Shown piece by piece: positions 28,971-38,991 of a stretch of DNA of 40,565 nucleotides. Below the pieces are notes generated by a model. That model saw nothing but the letters and a program-made list of their open reading frames with translations. It was not told where the DNA came from and did not search any database. The position numbers were made by a program, and so were the translations under genes. This stretch comes from Bacteroidota bacterium (GTDB lineage Bacteria; Bacteroidota; Bacteroidia; Bacteroidales; JAADGE01): positions 1 through 40,565 of the forward strand of contig JAYEIA010000053.1 in the NCBI GenBank assembly GCA_034659855.1, in the 5' to 3' direction. Numbering within the stretch: position 1 is the first letter of the stretch; the number at the start of each line of letters is the position of its first letter.

Positions 28971-29477
28971 TTATCTACCGACTTGAAGTTTTTTTCGCTC
29001 TTCTGTTATCACAATGTAGAATATTTTCCTTTTTATCTTCAATGAGCTATTATAATAAGGTCGTTTAATTGTGTAGAAAATTTGCTTATCGGGCAAATCG
29101 AGCATATAGGTAAATTGTGAAAAGTTCTCGTTTGAGTTTATCAAGCTTCCTGAATGATCCAGTATTTCTACATAAGTATTCAGAACATCCTCATTACGAG
29201 ATATAAAACCGTAGGTTATACATCTATCCATCAGGCGATCAATCTCATAAGTATGAGACGGATATATATTTGAAGATTGACAACTAATTAACAGTTTTCT
29301 TGAATTAATTGTATCTATTCGTATGGTGTACTCCGGATCTTTGTCATAAAATGACTTAATACTGCTGAGTGACTTTCCCAAAAGGATGTGTTGGGCTTGT
29401 AACTCATTGGTAAAAAAAGTATTAAGAAGAATACTAATACTGATGATTAAATATATGTGCTGAGATTTGGAGTACAT
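28971..29477 (-). CDS. Hypothetical secreted protein
   Basis: 168 aa. It has a signal peptide, is AT-rich with no recognisable motif, and lies immediately downstream of tRNA-Pro. Confidence 0.4.
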   Translation of the reverse strand: MYSKSQHIYLIISISILLNTFFTNELQAQHILLGKSLSSIKSFYDKDPEYTIRIDTINSRKLLISCQSSNIYPSHTYEIDRLMDRCITYGFISRNEDVLNTYVEILDHSGSLINSNENFSQFTYMLDLPDKQIFYTIKRPYYNSSLKIKRKIFYIVITEERKKLQVGR

Positions 29478-29546
29478 AGTTTTATTTTCTTAATACAAAA
29501 GTATGAAAAAATTGACAAGCAAAGGTTTCTTTTTGACGAATACCTT

Positions 29547-30110
29547 TTAATTTTTGACCCAATTTTTAATAATTTGTTCACCATAAGGAGTGAGTATCGA
29601 TTCCGGATGGAATTGTACAGCTTTGATGTTTGCCTTTTTATGTGCAATTGACATAATATTATTGTTCTGATCAATCGCCGTTATTTTTAACTCTTTCGGT
29701 AAATATTCCGGATCGGCAACCCATGAGTGATACCTGCCCGATAAAAATGGATTAGGTACTTTTCGGTAAATATTCTCATCGGAGTCTGATATTATTGTAT
29801 CTTTTTGAAGCCCGTGATTTACCGTCTTCATATGTTTAAGTTTTCCGCCGAAGATTTCATATATCAATTGAAGTCCCAGGCAAACCCCAAAAATATCAGC
29901 ATCAGGCAATTGCTTTTTAAAAAGTTTCATTATTTGAGTCTCGGAAGGTAGGCCCGGCCCCGGAGACAAAATAATTTTATCATAACCATTGAGATGCTCC
30001 ATGTTAATATCGTTACTTCTGAATACATCCAAATGGTTTGTGTATTTTTCGAGTATATGTACTAAATTATATGTAAATGAATCAAAATTATCAATTAACG
30101 CAATTTTCAT
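29547..30110 (-). CDS. Class-I glutamine amidotransferase (anthranilate / aminodeoxychorismate synthase component II, TrpG/PabA-like)
   Basis: 187 aa. The N-terminus is MKIALIDNFDSFTYNL and the catalytic Cys sits in GVCLGLQ. The HPES His-Glu pair fits a GATase type 1. Confidence 0.82.
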   Translation of the reverse strand: MKIALIDNFDSFTYNLVHILEKYTNHLDVFRSNDINMEHLNGYDKIILSPGPGLPSETQIMKLFKKQLPDADIFGVCLGLQLIYEIFGGKLKHMKTVNHGLQKDTIISDSDENIYRKVPNPFLSGRYHSWVADPEYLPKELKITAIDQNNNIMSIAHKKANIKAVQFHPESILTPYGEQIIKNWVKN

Positions 30111-30277
30111 GAGTTACAATTTTTTTGAGAATACAAATTTCTAATTTTTGCGGAACTTTGCTAAATTTTTTATAAATTGGTCGAAGATTTCAAGAATTTG
30201 AAACAAAACCAAAATAATTCTTATATTGCTTGGGTATTTTGCCGAGCAATATTAAATTTGTAGAGTTGTTTGTTAAT

Positions 30278-30565
30278 ATGGATAATATCAAAGAAATATC
30301 GGAATTAAAATCTAAGATAGCTGCAGTAATTACTCAACTGGAACATTACAGAGGGGAAAATAAGCAATTATCCGAAGAAAATACTCTGTTAAAAAAGCAG
30401 AACAATGTCTGCAAATTTGAATTGTCTGAATTACAGCAACAATTTCAAACGCTGAAAACAGCAAAATCTATCACAGCATCTGCAAAAGATGTGCATGATA
30501 CAAAAATTAGAGTTAACGGTATAGTGCGGGAAATTGACAAGTGTATAAGTATGTTAAATAAATAG
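30278..30565 (+). CDS. Coiled-coil cell-division protein (ZapB-like), upstream of zapA
   Basis: About 95 aa, entirely heptad coiled coil (ISELKSKIAAVITQLEHYRGENKQLSEEN...). It lies immediately upstream of ZapA and rny, as in Bacteroidetes. The track ORF begins at a TTG at 30230; the ATG at 30278 is preferred. Confidence 0.55.
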   Translation: MDNIKEISELKSKIAAVITQLEHYRGENKQLSEENTLLKKQNNVCKFELSELQQQFQTLKTAKSITASAKDVHDTKIRVNGIVREIDKCISMLNK

Positions 30566-30573
30566 CATAATTC

Positions 30574-30876
30574 ATGGCTGACGACAGATTATCAATAAAC
30601 ATACAAATAGCTGAACGCTCGTATCCTCTTACGATAAAGAGAGAGGATGAAGAAAAAATCAGAAAGGCGGCAAGCCTGATAAATCATAGAATATCTAAGT
30701 ACAGAGGGAAGTATTCTGATAAAGATACTTATGATTATTTGGCAATGACTACTCTGCAATACGGAATTGAATTGATTGAAAATGATTATGATTCATTTTC
30801 TCAGAGGTTTATTGATGAAATTAAGCAAATAAACAGTGATATTGATACATATTTAGATCAGAATTCAGAAGAATAA
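30574..30876 (+). CDS. zapA: Cell division protein ZapA
   Basis: 100 aa. It has the pattern INIQIAERSYPLTIKREDEEKIRKAA, and its position directly upstream of rny is conserved in Bacteroidetes. Confidence 0.7.
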   Translation: MADDRLSINIQIAERSYPLTIKREDEEKIRKAASLINHRISKYRGKYSDKDTYDYLAMTTLQYGIELIENDYDSFSQRFIDEIKQINSDIDTYLDQNSEE

Positions 30877-31165
30877 AACTGTAAGTCAATTTTTTTTTGT
30901 ACCTTTACATTAGAAATTAAAATCAAATTTAGTTGAAATAATCCCCGCATTATTTCTCAAGCATATTTGGAAGTTCAACACTGGTAAAAATCGGAACCAA
31001 GCTCATTCTTGCGGAAGACAGGCCGTAATCTCGACTTCGGTCGATTTCTGTCAAAAGCAACGGAAGTTTGAACCAAGAGGCAGTTCCGGGAATGACAAAA
31101 ATGGAGCTTATCCTAAATATTTGAGAAATTTGCGGGGTCTTTTTATGCATAAAAAAAAATAAACA

Positions 31166-32725
31166 ATGGAAATTATATGGATTGTATCAATAATTTTGGG
31201 CTTAATCGGCGGTATTCTCATCGGTTTTTTTGTCAGAATTAAACAAGTTAACAAGAAAGCAGAAGAAATAATTACAGAAGCCAAAGTTTCAGCAGAAGTT
31301 GAAAGAAAGGAGAAGGAACTTTTGGCCAAGCAGAAATTCATGGAACTCAAAGAAAAGCATGAAAGCTTTATAAAGAGGAAAAATGAAAAATTGGCTAAAA
31401 ATCAAAACAAAGTCAAACAAAGAGAAGCTTCATTAAAGCAACGAAAAGACGAATTTAATATAAAATTGTCAAATTATGATCAGCAAAAAGCTGCCACTGA
31501 AAAATTAAACAGTAATTTAGAAGCCAAGCTTCAAATTGTTGAAAATAAAGAAAATGACTTGGAGAAAATCAGAAACGAACATATCCAAAAATTAGAAAAT
31601 ATTGCCGGCTATACAGCACAAGAGGCCAAAGAAGAACTTACTGTTTCGCTAAAAGCAGAAGCAAAAACCGAAGCATTAAGTTACCGGAATGATATCATTG
31701 AAGACGCAAAAGTAAATGCCAAAAAAGAAGCCAAGCAAATTATCATAAAAACCATTCAAAGGATAGGTACCGAAACTGCGGTTGATAATGCCGTTACAGT
31801 TTTTCATATTGAGAGCGACGATTTAAAAGGACGAATCATCGGAAGAGAAGGACGGAATATCAGAGCCATGGAAGCGGCTACAGGAATAGAAATTATAGTT
31901 GATGATACACCGGAAACTATTCTATTATCCGGATTTGACCCTATCAGACGTGAAATTGCCCGACTTGCTTTGCATAAGTTAGTGACCGACGGAAGAATTC
32001 ACCCGGCACGTATCGAGGAGGTTGTCTCAAAAACCAAAGAACAAGTGGAAGAGGAAATTTTAGAAACCGGAAAGAAAACCTCAATAGATTTGGGTATTCA
32101 CGGATTAAGTAATGAGTTAATGAGAATGGTGGGTAAAATGAAGTATCGCTCATCATACGGACAAAACTTGTTGCAGCATTCAAGAGAAACGGCAAATCTA
32201 TGTGCAGTTATGGCCGGAGAGTTAGGACTGGATGCTCAAATGGCAAAACGAGCCGGATTATTGCATGATATCGGGAAAGTACCCAATGAGGAAATTGAAA
32301 TTCCACATGCCATATACGGAATGAAATTAGCCGAAAAATATAAAGAAAATCCGGAAGTATGTAATGCTATCGGAGCTCACCATGACGAGGTGGAAATGAC
32401 AACCTTGTTGGCACCCATCGTGCAGGTTTGTGATGCTATTTCCGGGGCAAGACCGGGAGCGAGAAGAGAAATTGCGGAGTCTTACATAAAAAGAATCAAA
32501 CAATTGGAGGATTTGGCACTTTCTGCCGACGGAGTAGTTAAAACCTATGCCATTCAGGCCGGTAGAGAATTACGAGTTATTGTGGGCAGCGATAAAGTAA
32601 CAGATAAGGATATTGAGAATATTTCAATGGATGTGGCCAGGCGTATTGAAGAAGAAATGACTTACCCGGGGCAAATTAAAATAACGGTAATCAGAGAAAG
32701 ACGTTCGGTGAGCTATGCGAAATAG
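31166..32725 (+). CDS. rny: Ribonuclease Y
   Basis: 519 aa. An N-terminal TM helix and long coiled coil are followed by a KH domain ([13 protein letters not shown]) and an HD domain (LLHDIGK...HHD). Confidence 0.88.
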   Translation: MEIIWIVSIILGLIGGILIGFFVRIKQVNKKAEEIITEAKVSAEVERKEKELLAKQKFMELKEKHESFIKRKNEKLAKNQNKVKQREASLKQRKDEFNIKLSNYDQQKAATEKLNSNLEAKLQIVENKENDLEKIRNEHIQKLENIAGYTAQEAKEELTVSLKAEAKTEALSYRNDIIEDAKVNAKKEAKQIIIKTIQRIGTETAVDNAVTVFHIESDDLKGRIIGREGRNIRAMEAATGIEIIVDDTPETILLSGFDPIRREIARLALHKLVTDGRIHPARIEEVVSKTKEQVEEEILETGKKTSIDLGIHGLSNELMRMVGKMKYRSSYGQNLLQHSRETANLCAVMAGELGLDAQMAKRAGLLHDIGKVPNEEIEIPHAIYGMKLAEKYKENPEVCNAIGAHHDEVEMTTLLAPIVQVCDAISGARPGARREIAESYIKRIKQLEDLALSADGVVKTYAIQAGRELRVIVGSDKVTDKDIENISMDVARRIEEEMTYPGQIKITVIRERRSVSYAK

Positions 32726-32749
32726 GAATAGAATATAATTTATTACAAT

Positions 32750-33367
32750 ATGGATACCGATAATTCAAAAAGATATTTTTCACACGAAACGGCTGTAATT
32801 GATAAAAATTGCACTATAGGTTCGGGAACAAAAATATGGCATTTTTCGCACATTATGGAGAATTCTGAAATTGGAGAAAATTGTAATATCGGACAAAATG
32901 TAGTTATCGCACCGGATGTAATTTTAGGTAAAAACTGCAAAGTGCAAAATAATGTTTCGATTTATACCGGAGTTATCTGTGAAGATGATGTTTTCTTGGG
33001 GCCTTCCATGGTTTTTACCAATGTTACAAATCCCAGAAGTGCCGTTGTACGTCGCCATGAGTTTGAAAAAACGACGGTGAGAAAAGGTGCTACGATTGGA
33101 GCCAATGCAACCATTGTCTGTGGTCATGAAATTGGAGAGTATGCTTTTATTGGGGCAGGAGCCGTGATTACAAAAAAAGTAAAACCATATTCTCTCGTGG
33201 TGGGAAATCCGGCAAAGCGTATCGGGTGGATGAGTCAATACGGACACAGATTACAATTTGACGAAGACGGTTTTGCAACTTGCCCCGAGAGTGGGCAAAA
33301 ATATGAATACTTTAGGGGTAAAGTTAAACGCTTGGCAAAAGACGATACATTTGGTTATGAGGATTGA
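32750..33367 (+). CDS. Left-handed beta-helix (hexapeptide-repeat) sugar N-acetyltransferase (WbpD/WlbB/PerB-like)
   Basis: 205 aa. Tandem hexapeptide repeats (IGENCNIGQNVVI...) are followed by a C-terminal GNPAKRIGWMS tail, as in nucleotide-aminosugar N-acetyltransferases. Confidence 0.7.
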   Translation: MDTDNSKRYFSHETAVIDKNCTIGSGTKIWHFSHIMENSEIGENCNIGQNVVIAPDVILGKNCKVQNNVSIYTGVICEDDVFLGPSMVFTNVTNPRSAVVRRHEFEKTTVRKGATIGANATIVCGHEIGEYAFIGAGAVITKKVKPYSLVVGNPAKRIGWMSQYGHRLQFDEDGFATCPESGQKYEYFRGKVKRLAKDDTFGYED

Positions 33368-33517
33368 AATCCATGCTAAATAATCGGAACTAAAACGTCT
33401 CAAAATAATTTATATTAAATACCACTGAAACAAACTGTATCAGTGGTATATTTTTTTAGTTCAGTAAATACTAAAAATGAACCGTCCTCTCAAAATGATA
33501 CGAAAAAAGAATACAAC

Positions 33518-34318
33518 TTATTCTGCATTATATACAAGTCGTAAGCCTAAGGTTTTGGCAGCATGAGTTTTTGAATGGGAAAATCGTTTTGAAATACGCA
33601 ATGCTTCTGCACTGCCTTGGTATGAACCGCCTCTTGCCACTTTTCTGGACCCTAATTCAGCTCCGGTAGGATTATCACTTGCTCTCTTTTTGTAATAATC
33701 TTTGTTGTAGTTGTCATAACAAAATTCTAAAACATTTCCGGACATATCGTAAATACCAAGTTCATTCGGTTGTTTTTGTCCTACATCCTTTAATTCATGG
33801 CCCGAAAATAGAAACCAAGCTACATCAGCTGCACTATTACTTCCGCTGTATGAATAATACTTTGATTTGTTGCCGCCCCTTGCAGCATATTCCCATTCAG
33901 CTTCCGTCGGAAGTCTAAACCCGTTAGCTTCCGGAATCAGCGTTGCATAAAAGGATTTTTCGGTTTCTTTTACTTTATAACACATTTGTTTATTGTTGAC
34001 CATACTCAGCCAGTTGCAAAAAAGAATAGACTCCTGCCAGCTCATAGAATGTGCAGGCTTTTGGTCAGAGCCTCGAGGAATCTTTTTCCCGGCAGATTGA
34101 CAAAAGACCTTATATAATTTAATAGTAATTTCGTATTTGCTCATAAAATATGAATTCAGGCTAACATTATGTGCCGGAAACTCATCATAGAATTCACTTT
34201 CTTCATTACCCATAAGAAATGTGCCGCCTTCAACAATTACCATTTCGGGCATATAATCCTGGGCATATACGGATAGACTGAAAATAAAAATCAGAATTGA
34301 AAAAATTGTAATTTTCAT
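33518..34318 (-). CDS. Formylglycine-generating-enzyme (FGE/SUMF1) domain protein, secreted
   Basis: 266 aa. It has a signal peptide and the FGE-sulfatase motifs GFRLPTEAEWEYAARGG and RGGSY. Confidence 0.7.
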   Translation of the reverse strand: MKITIFSILIFIFSLSVYAQDYMPEMVIVEGGTFLMGNEESEFYDEFPAHNVSLNSYFMSKYEITIKLYKVFCQSAGKKIPRGSDQKPAHSMSWQESILFCNWLSMVNNKQMCYKVKETEKSFYATLIPEANGFRLPTEAEWEYAARGGNKSKYYSYSGSNSAADVAWFLFSGHELKDVGQKQPNELGIYDMSGNVLEFCYDNYNKDYYKKRASDNPTGAELGSRKVARGGSYQGSAEALRISKRFSHSKTHAAKTLGLRLVYNAE

Positions 34319-34530
34319 AATTTTATATATTAAGGTTTTTACAAATATAGTATATTTTGACTACCTTTCAGTTAAAATCTTTTAAGTATAACGAGGTTCA
34401 ATGGCTAATAGTTGCATTTTTATGGTATTTTTGCTGCTTTAAAATAATCAATAATCAGCCGACAGTCCGTAATATTGAGTGCAAATATTTAACAAGCCGT
34501 TTGTTCGTTTAATCATTTGTAATAATATTT

Positions 34531-35211
34531 ATGAAAATCAAGCTTGCAAAGTATATTTTGATGAGATACCTTTTTTATTACACCGGTGTGTTTTTAATCG
34601 CTTTTTCTTCATGCAATTTCAGACCGTACAATAAATATAATGTGGCCGAAGATACACAAGAAAATTACGGAGCTCAAATTCAAAAACAAGCTGAGCTGTT
34701 CAATTTGCCGGCAAGTTATCTTAGGGCATTGGTTGTTATAGAAGTCTCCGGAAATAAACAAATTCCGCATAGGTTTGAGCCCCATGTCTATGCAAAACTT
34801 AAAAAGGTTAAAAACGGTGAATTGAAACGGTTTGAAAACATCACCCCTGAATTGCTCAAAAATACCCCCGATTCCACACTAAAAGAAATGGCTAAATCTT
34901 GGGGCCCTTATCAAATAATGGGGTATAAATGTGTTTTTTTGCATATTAGCGTAGAGGAACTGAAAAAAAACAGTCTCTTTTTTGGAGCCAGATGGATAGA
35001 TTTAAGCTATGGCGACTTGTTGCGAGCAAAAGACTACAAAAACGCTTTTCATTTTCACAATGCCGGTAAATTATATCCCGACTCCGGTCCGCCGTTAACG
35101 TACGATAAAAATTATGTTCACAACGGCCTGATGTATTTAAGGTACTTTGAGAAAAAGGACAGCATTCAACGGGCTAATAAAAATCGAGTAAACGTCCGAT
35201 TGACTGATTAA
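34531..35211 (+). CDS. DUF3380-like N-acetylmuramidase family lipoprotein (putative peptidoglycan hydrolase)
   Basis: 226 aa. A lipoprotein signal (AFSSC) is followed by the motifs IEVSG...RFEPHVY and SWGPYQIMGY, which match the EVESGG/FEPHVF/SWGxFQIMG blocks of the DUF3380 muramidase family. Confidence 0.5.
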   Translation: MKIKLAKYILMRYLFYYTGVFLIAFSSCNFRPYNKYNVAEDTQENYGAQIQKQAELFNLPASYLRALVVIEVSGNKQIPHRFEPHVYAKLKKVKNGELKRFENITPELLKNTPDSTLKEMAKSWGPYQIMGYKCVFLHISVEELKKNSLFFGARWIDLSYGDLLRAKDYKNAFHFHNAGKLYPDSGPPLTYDKNYVHNGLMYLRYFEKKDSIQRANKNRVNVRLTD

Positions 35212-35359
35212 TCGCTTGGAGTCAATAAAACACTGCAGCTAAGTAATGATACAATTATTTAATGGTATAATGGTGCAATAATTCAACTGATTATCAGTAA
35301 TATAACAATATTAAAATACGGAAAAATTTATGTGTTACTACTTATCGTTTCCCCGCTTA

Positions 35360-36130
35360 CTATTCAGGTTTAGAACATAAATATATCAATTCATTTTGAT
35401 CCAGGCGATAGCGTGTTCGTTTAGTTTCGGGCAGTTGGTTGTATAAATCAATGGCATCAACCTCAAAACCGGCTTTTTTTAATCTATTCGGATAATCTTT
35501 TCCGTATACTCGAACATGATCATACTGACCAAAAAGTCGTTCTCGTTCTTTGGGGGCGGTTATTGCAGGGTCTTCGTAGGTCGTTTCCCTCTCGTAGTCA
35601 ATAGGAACCTGCAAAATAGCTTTACCTCCCGGTTTAAGCACGCGCCAAAGCTCTTTCATCGCCGTTTGCTCTTCATCGATATGCTCCAACACATGATTAC
35701 ACATAATAAAATCGAAACGGTTATCTTCGAATACCAAATTTCTGATATCTGTTTTTACATCTGCAATAGGAGAGACCAAATCGGCGGTTGTGTAATCTAA
35801 ATTCTCAAGGTTTCTGAAACGTTTTAAGAAAGGTTGTTCCGGAGCCATATGAAGCACCTGCATCGGTCGAGAAAAAAAATCAGTTTTATTTTTCAGGAAA
35901 AGCCATAATAACCGGTGACGTTCCAGTGATAAACAAGAGGGACACATTCTGTTTTCTTTTCCTTGATTTCCGTAGGGTAAAAATTTGCGAAACGATTTCC
36001 GGCACACCGGACAATCATAGTTATCTCCTGAGTATATCCAACTCGCCGGAACTCGTATTAAGTAACTCAATTTTATGAGAAGCGGCCGGGGTACTTTTCG
36101 AACCAGAAATTTTGCAATTGCTTTAATCAT
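35360..36130 (-). CDS. Zinc-ribbon + class I SAM-dependent methyltransferase (type 11)
   Basis: 256 aa. The N-terminal CPVC...CPSC four-Cys ribbon is followed by the methyltransferase motifs FDFIMCNHVLEHI and LKPGGKAIL. Confidence 0.7.
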   Translation of the reverse strand: MIKAIAKFLVRKVPRPLLIKLSYLIRVPASWIYSGDNYDCPVCRKSFRKFLPYGNQGKENRMCPSCLSLERHRLLWLFLKNKTDFFSRPMQVLHMAPEQPFLKRFRNLENLDYTTADLVSPIADVKTDIRNLVFEDNRFDFIMCNHVLEHIDEEQTAMKELWRVLKPGGKAILQVPIDYERETTYEDPAITAPKERERLFGQYDHVRVYGKDYPNRLKKAGFEVDAIDLYNQLPETKRTRYRLDQNELIYLCSKPE

Positions 36131-36227
36131 CGGTCAATTTTTTGCAAATATATCATTTTGTCGAAATAATAAGGAACGGATACGAAATAAATTATGATAG
36201 TGTAGGCGATGATATTTTGTTTGCGTT

Positions 36228-36401
36228 GCTAAGGAGTGTCTGAACGGAAATACCCAAAATTAGAAATGTTTTTTTTTGCGATATTTTTATTTTTTTTAAT
36301 TCGCTGATACAGTGGCATCACCAAATTTAAAAAAATAAAAATCTCATCAAAAAAAACTCATTTCGTAAAATTCGTCTATTTCCGTTCAGACACTAAGGAA
36401 C
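36228..36401. repeat. Perfect 15-bp inverted repeat (gtgtctgaacggaaa / tttccgttcagacac) flanking a 128-bp AT-rich segment, each copy adjoined by a taagga direct motif
   Basis: The left copy is at 36236-36250 and is preceded by ctaagga. The right copy is at 36379-36393 and is followed by taaggaac. The segment lies in the promoter region of the minus-strand methyltransferase gene. Confidence 0.6.
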
Positions 36402-36503
36402 AATTATTTTTCATTTCTATCGCTTCACATTATATCCAATATAATGAGCATTTTATTTGAAACAGTATAACCTTCTCCATTGGGTAAATATTGTGCTGCG
36501 TTT

Positions 36504-37043
36504 TTACTCCGTTTGTCCTGCTTTTATAAATTTATTTTCTGTATAATTAGTTGCTCTGTCAATTATTTTTAGTGTTTTTTTATCAGATGATAATTCAATT
36601 TTAATCCAGCCATAATTATAGTTTGTAAATCCGGACGGATAAAATCCAGACCTGTAGCCGATATATTTTTCTCCTTTCCCTGCAAATTCGTCTAAACAAA
36701 TACCGTTAACATTTTTCCAATTCCCATTTTCAGATATTACTTTATTTACATCAAAAAGCAATACATTTCCATTGTCAGAATCTGCTCTAATGTTATCAAA
36801 TCCATCACAATCAATCATTTTATCATTTAATTTTACTATTGCGGTGTTTTCAGATGAATTTATTTTTTCAATTTCAAATATTAGGTCTTTACAGGTTCCG
36901 CATATAGAATCAGGATTTGAGAACGTAATTATTTTATCTAATTCTACAAACATTATACGGTCAGCAGGCAAATCTTCAGTTTTATTGCAAGAAAAAAACA
37001 ATCCGGTAATCACAATTCCTATCAGAAGATTTAAATTCTTCAT
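36504..37043 (-). CDS. Hypothetical lipoprotein
   Basis: 179 aa. It has a signal peptide with lipobox FFSC and no recognisable catalytic motif. Confidence 0.45.
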   Translation of the reverse strand: MKNLNLLIGIVITGLFFSCNKTEDLPADRIMFVELDKIITFSNPDSICGTCKDLIFEIEKINSSENTAIVKLNDKMIDCDGFDNIRADSDNGNVLLFDVNKVISENGNWKNVNGICLDEFAGKGEKYIGYRSGFYPSGFTNYNYGWIKIELSSDKKTLKIIDRATNYTENKFIKAGQTE

Positions 37044-37115
37044 GTCAAATATTTTAAGTGTTTGGATATATTATTTTTAATTGATTCAATATAACCGCAC
37101 AATTTTTATTTTCGA

Positions 37116-37616
37116 CTAAAATGTATAACCGACAGACAGTCCGCCCATGATGGTTGGAACATTAACAATTACGGAAGGATTGATACTTGCTCTAATTAAA
37201 AATCCGGACTGTTTATGTTGGTATCTATATCCAAATCTTAAGACATAAATACTTCCTGCAATTCCAAATTTATTATCTTTTATTGCGATTGGCATTCCAT
37301 ATCCTGTTTCAAATTGATGATTTTTTTCACCAAATATGAAATTCACCTGTAGTGGTATAAATAATTGATAATCATTAATATAACTTGTTCCGCCGACGTG
37401 AATATACTTAGATAATGAAATTCCTACTCCCGGTGCAAAAATAATTTTCTTATTAATTGAAAAATTTCTTTCATAGTTTATGGAAAATGGTCCAAATCCT
37501 GTACCACCAAGTTCATAATAGATTGCATTCCTATCAATTTTGTTTTCTTGTCCAAAAATATTAATAGAATTAGTCACAATTAACAAAATAAAAATATATT
37601 GTTTAAAATCAGGCAT
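37116..37616 (-). CDS. Hypothetical small outer-membrane beta-barrel-like protein
   Basis: 166 aa. It has a signal peptide and alternating hydrophobic/aromatic beta-strand patterning. The C-terminal ...VGYTF with terminal Phe is typical of OMP beta-barrels. Confidence 0.45.
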   Translation of the reverse strand: MPDFKQYIFILLIVTNSINIFGQENKIDRNAIYYELGGTGFGPFSINYERNFSINKKIIFAPGVGISLSKYIHVGGTSYINDYQLFIPLQVNFIFGEKNHQFETGYGMPIAIKDNKFGIAGSIYVLRFGYRYQHKQSGFLIRASINPSVIVNVPTIMGGLSVGYTF

Positions 37617-37805
37617 ATATTTTAATAGTTTTTTCTATTGCTGAGCCAATTCCGAAAAGTCATTTAGTTTAAAGAACTCTAAAATTTCGACTTTTCGGAG
37701 TAGGTTCATTGTTTACATTTTCATAATGTCATTATCGCATGAGTTTTGTCTTTAATGCATGCTAACTCTGATACTTTACGCTTTTTTGACCTTCTGTAAA
37801 ATAAA

Positions 37806-38156
37806 TTACTTTAAGTATAATTTTACTATGGCAGAGTTTTGATTCGCTTTTATATTGGGATATACATAATAAGTTCCCGGGGTAAACGACAGTGCTTTTA
37901 CATTGGGGTCATTTTCTGTCCAGAATTTTTTGAATGTGCCCCCGTCTTTAAGAATCCAGAACCCGGCATTGTTACCCTCAACTTTATATGCCGAAACGGT
38001 TTGAGTAATTTTTACAGCCGTACATTTTAAGGAGGCGTTTTGGCCGGCATGTCCTTTGGCTTGGGTTCCGGAAATTGAATAATTCTGGGCACTGAGTCCA
38101 AAACTAAGCGTCGTAAATACTATTATTAAAGTACTTGAAAGTAGAAAATTTTTCAT
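37806..38156 (-). CDS. Hypothetical small secreted protein
   Basis: 116 aa with a signal peptide and no recognised domain. Confidence 0.4.
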   Translation of the reverse strand: MKNFLLSSTLIIVFTTLSFGLSAQNYSISGTQAKGHAGQNASLKCTAVKITQTVSAYKVEGNNAGFWILKDGGTFKKFWTENDPNVKALSFTPGTYYVYPNIKANQNSAIVKLYLK

Positions 38157-38574
38157 ATATCTGCTATAAAATTAATAATTTAAGTAAATATAAGAAAACT
38201 TGTATTAGTTGGATAAATATTTTTACAAACAAACGATATTTATTGATGGATTGTGCCTATTCGGAAATGATACTTGAAGTCAAACTTTGCCAAAAAGGAT
38301 TGTTCCGAAATAACTTGACGCTTTAAACTCGTTCTTTTGCCTTTGGTTTTGCTCGCTCGCAAAAAAAATTAAAAATCCTTTAAACAGCTCGCTATTCGCA
38401 GTATTTTCAAGCAATAAAAGAACAAAATAACTTTGTTTAAAACTGTCAATTTATTTCATCACAATTCCTAAATTAAAGACTACCGGTCAATTTTTTCAAT
38501 AATACTTATAAACAGTTGGCTGATAGTTATAAAAATATTAAATTTGTATGAATTCATATATTAAAATAAATCTT

Positions 38575-38991
38575 ATGAAAAACTTATCGTCCGTTGTTAT
38601 TGCATTAGTTGTGTCCATAGTAATTCTTGGTTCTTGCACAAAAAACCCTGAAGATAAAATTCAAGGTACTTGGACTATTGACAAAATTGAAAGTACTGCA
38701 GATATGACACCTGCAGATATGGAGTTATTTGAAAGTTCTGCCGAAGAACAAAAAGAAATTTTGACCTATAAATTTGATGAGTCCAAAATGACCATGAAAT
38801 ACGGCGATGAGATTTCTGAATGGGCTTGGAATATCGACAAAGTAAATGATAGTCTTAAGCTTAATATCAGTATAGAGGACAGAAATTTGGAATTTAATGT
38901 AAAAGAACTTACCGAGAATAAATTAATTTGGGAAGAAAATGTTTACGACGAATATATTGTAACAACTACACTGGTGAAGAAACCGGAATAA
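38575..38991 (+). CDS. Lipocalin-like domain lipoprotein
   Basis: A signal peptide with lipobox LGSC is followed by a GTWTIDKIES start characteristic of bacterial lipocalin-like domains. The track ORF begins at 38548; the ATG at 38575 gives the signal peptide. Confidence 0.5.
   Translation: MKNLSSVVIALVVSIVILGSCTKNPEDKIQGTWTIDKIESTADMTPADMELFESSAEEQKEILTYKFDESKMTMKYGDEISEWAWNIDKVNDSLKLNISIEDRNLEFNVKELTENKLIWEENVYDEYIVTTTLVKKPE

Noticed and set aside
341-33918. Numerous 60-170-aa ORFs embedded antisense or out of frame within well-supported genes. Examples are 341-538, 919-1218, 2115-2339, 4018-4263, 5131-5352, 8617-8820, 11801-11998, 12138-12464, 18714-19133, 22401-22916, 32924-33247 and 33679-33918.
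   Set aside because: Each lies entirely inside a longer ORF with clear family motifs on the other strand or frame. None has a signal of its own, so all are treated as spurious.
33518-34318. The FGE-sulfatase domain protein considered as gliding-motility GldJ/GldK.
   Set aside because: At 266 aa it is far shorter than GldJ or GldK (about 450-560 aa). No other gld genes are adjacent, so it is called only a generic FGE/SUMF1-domain protein.
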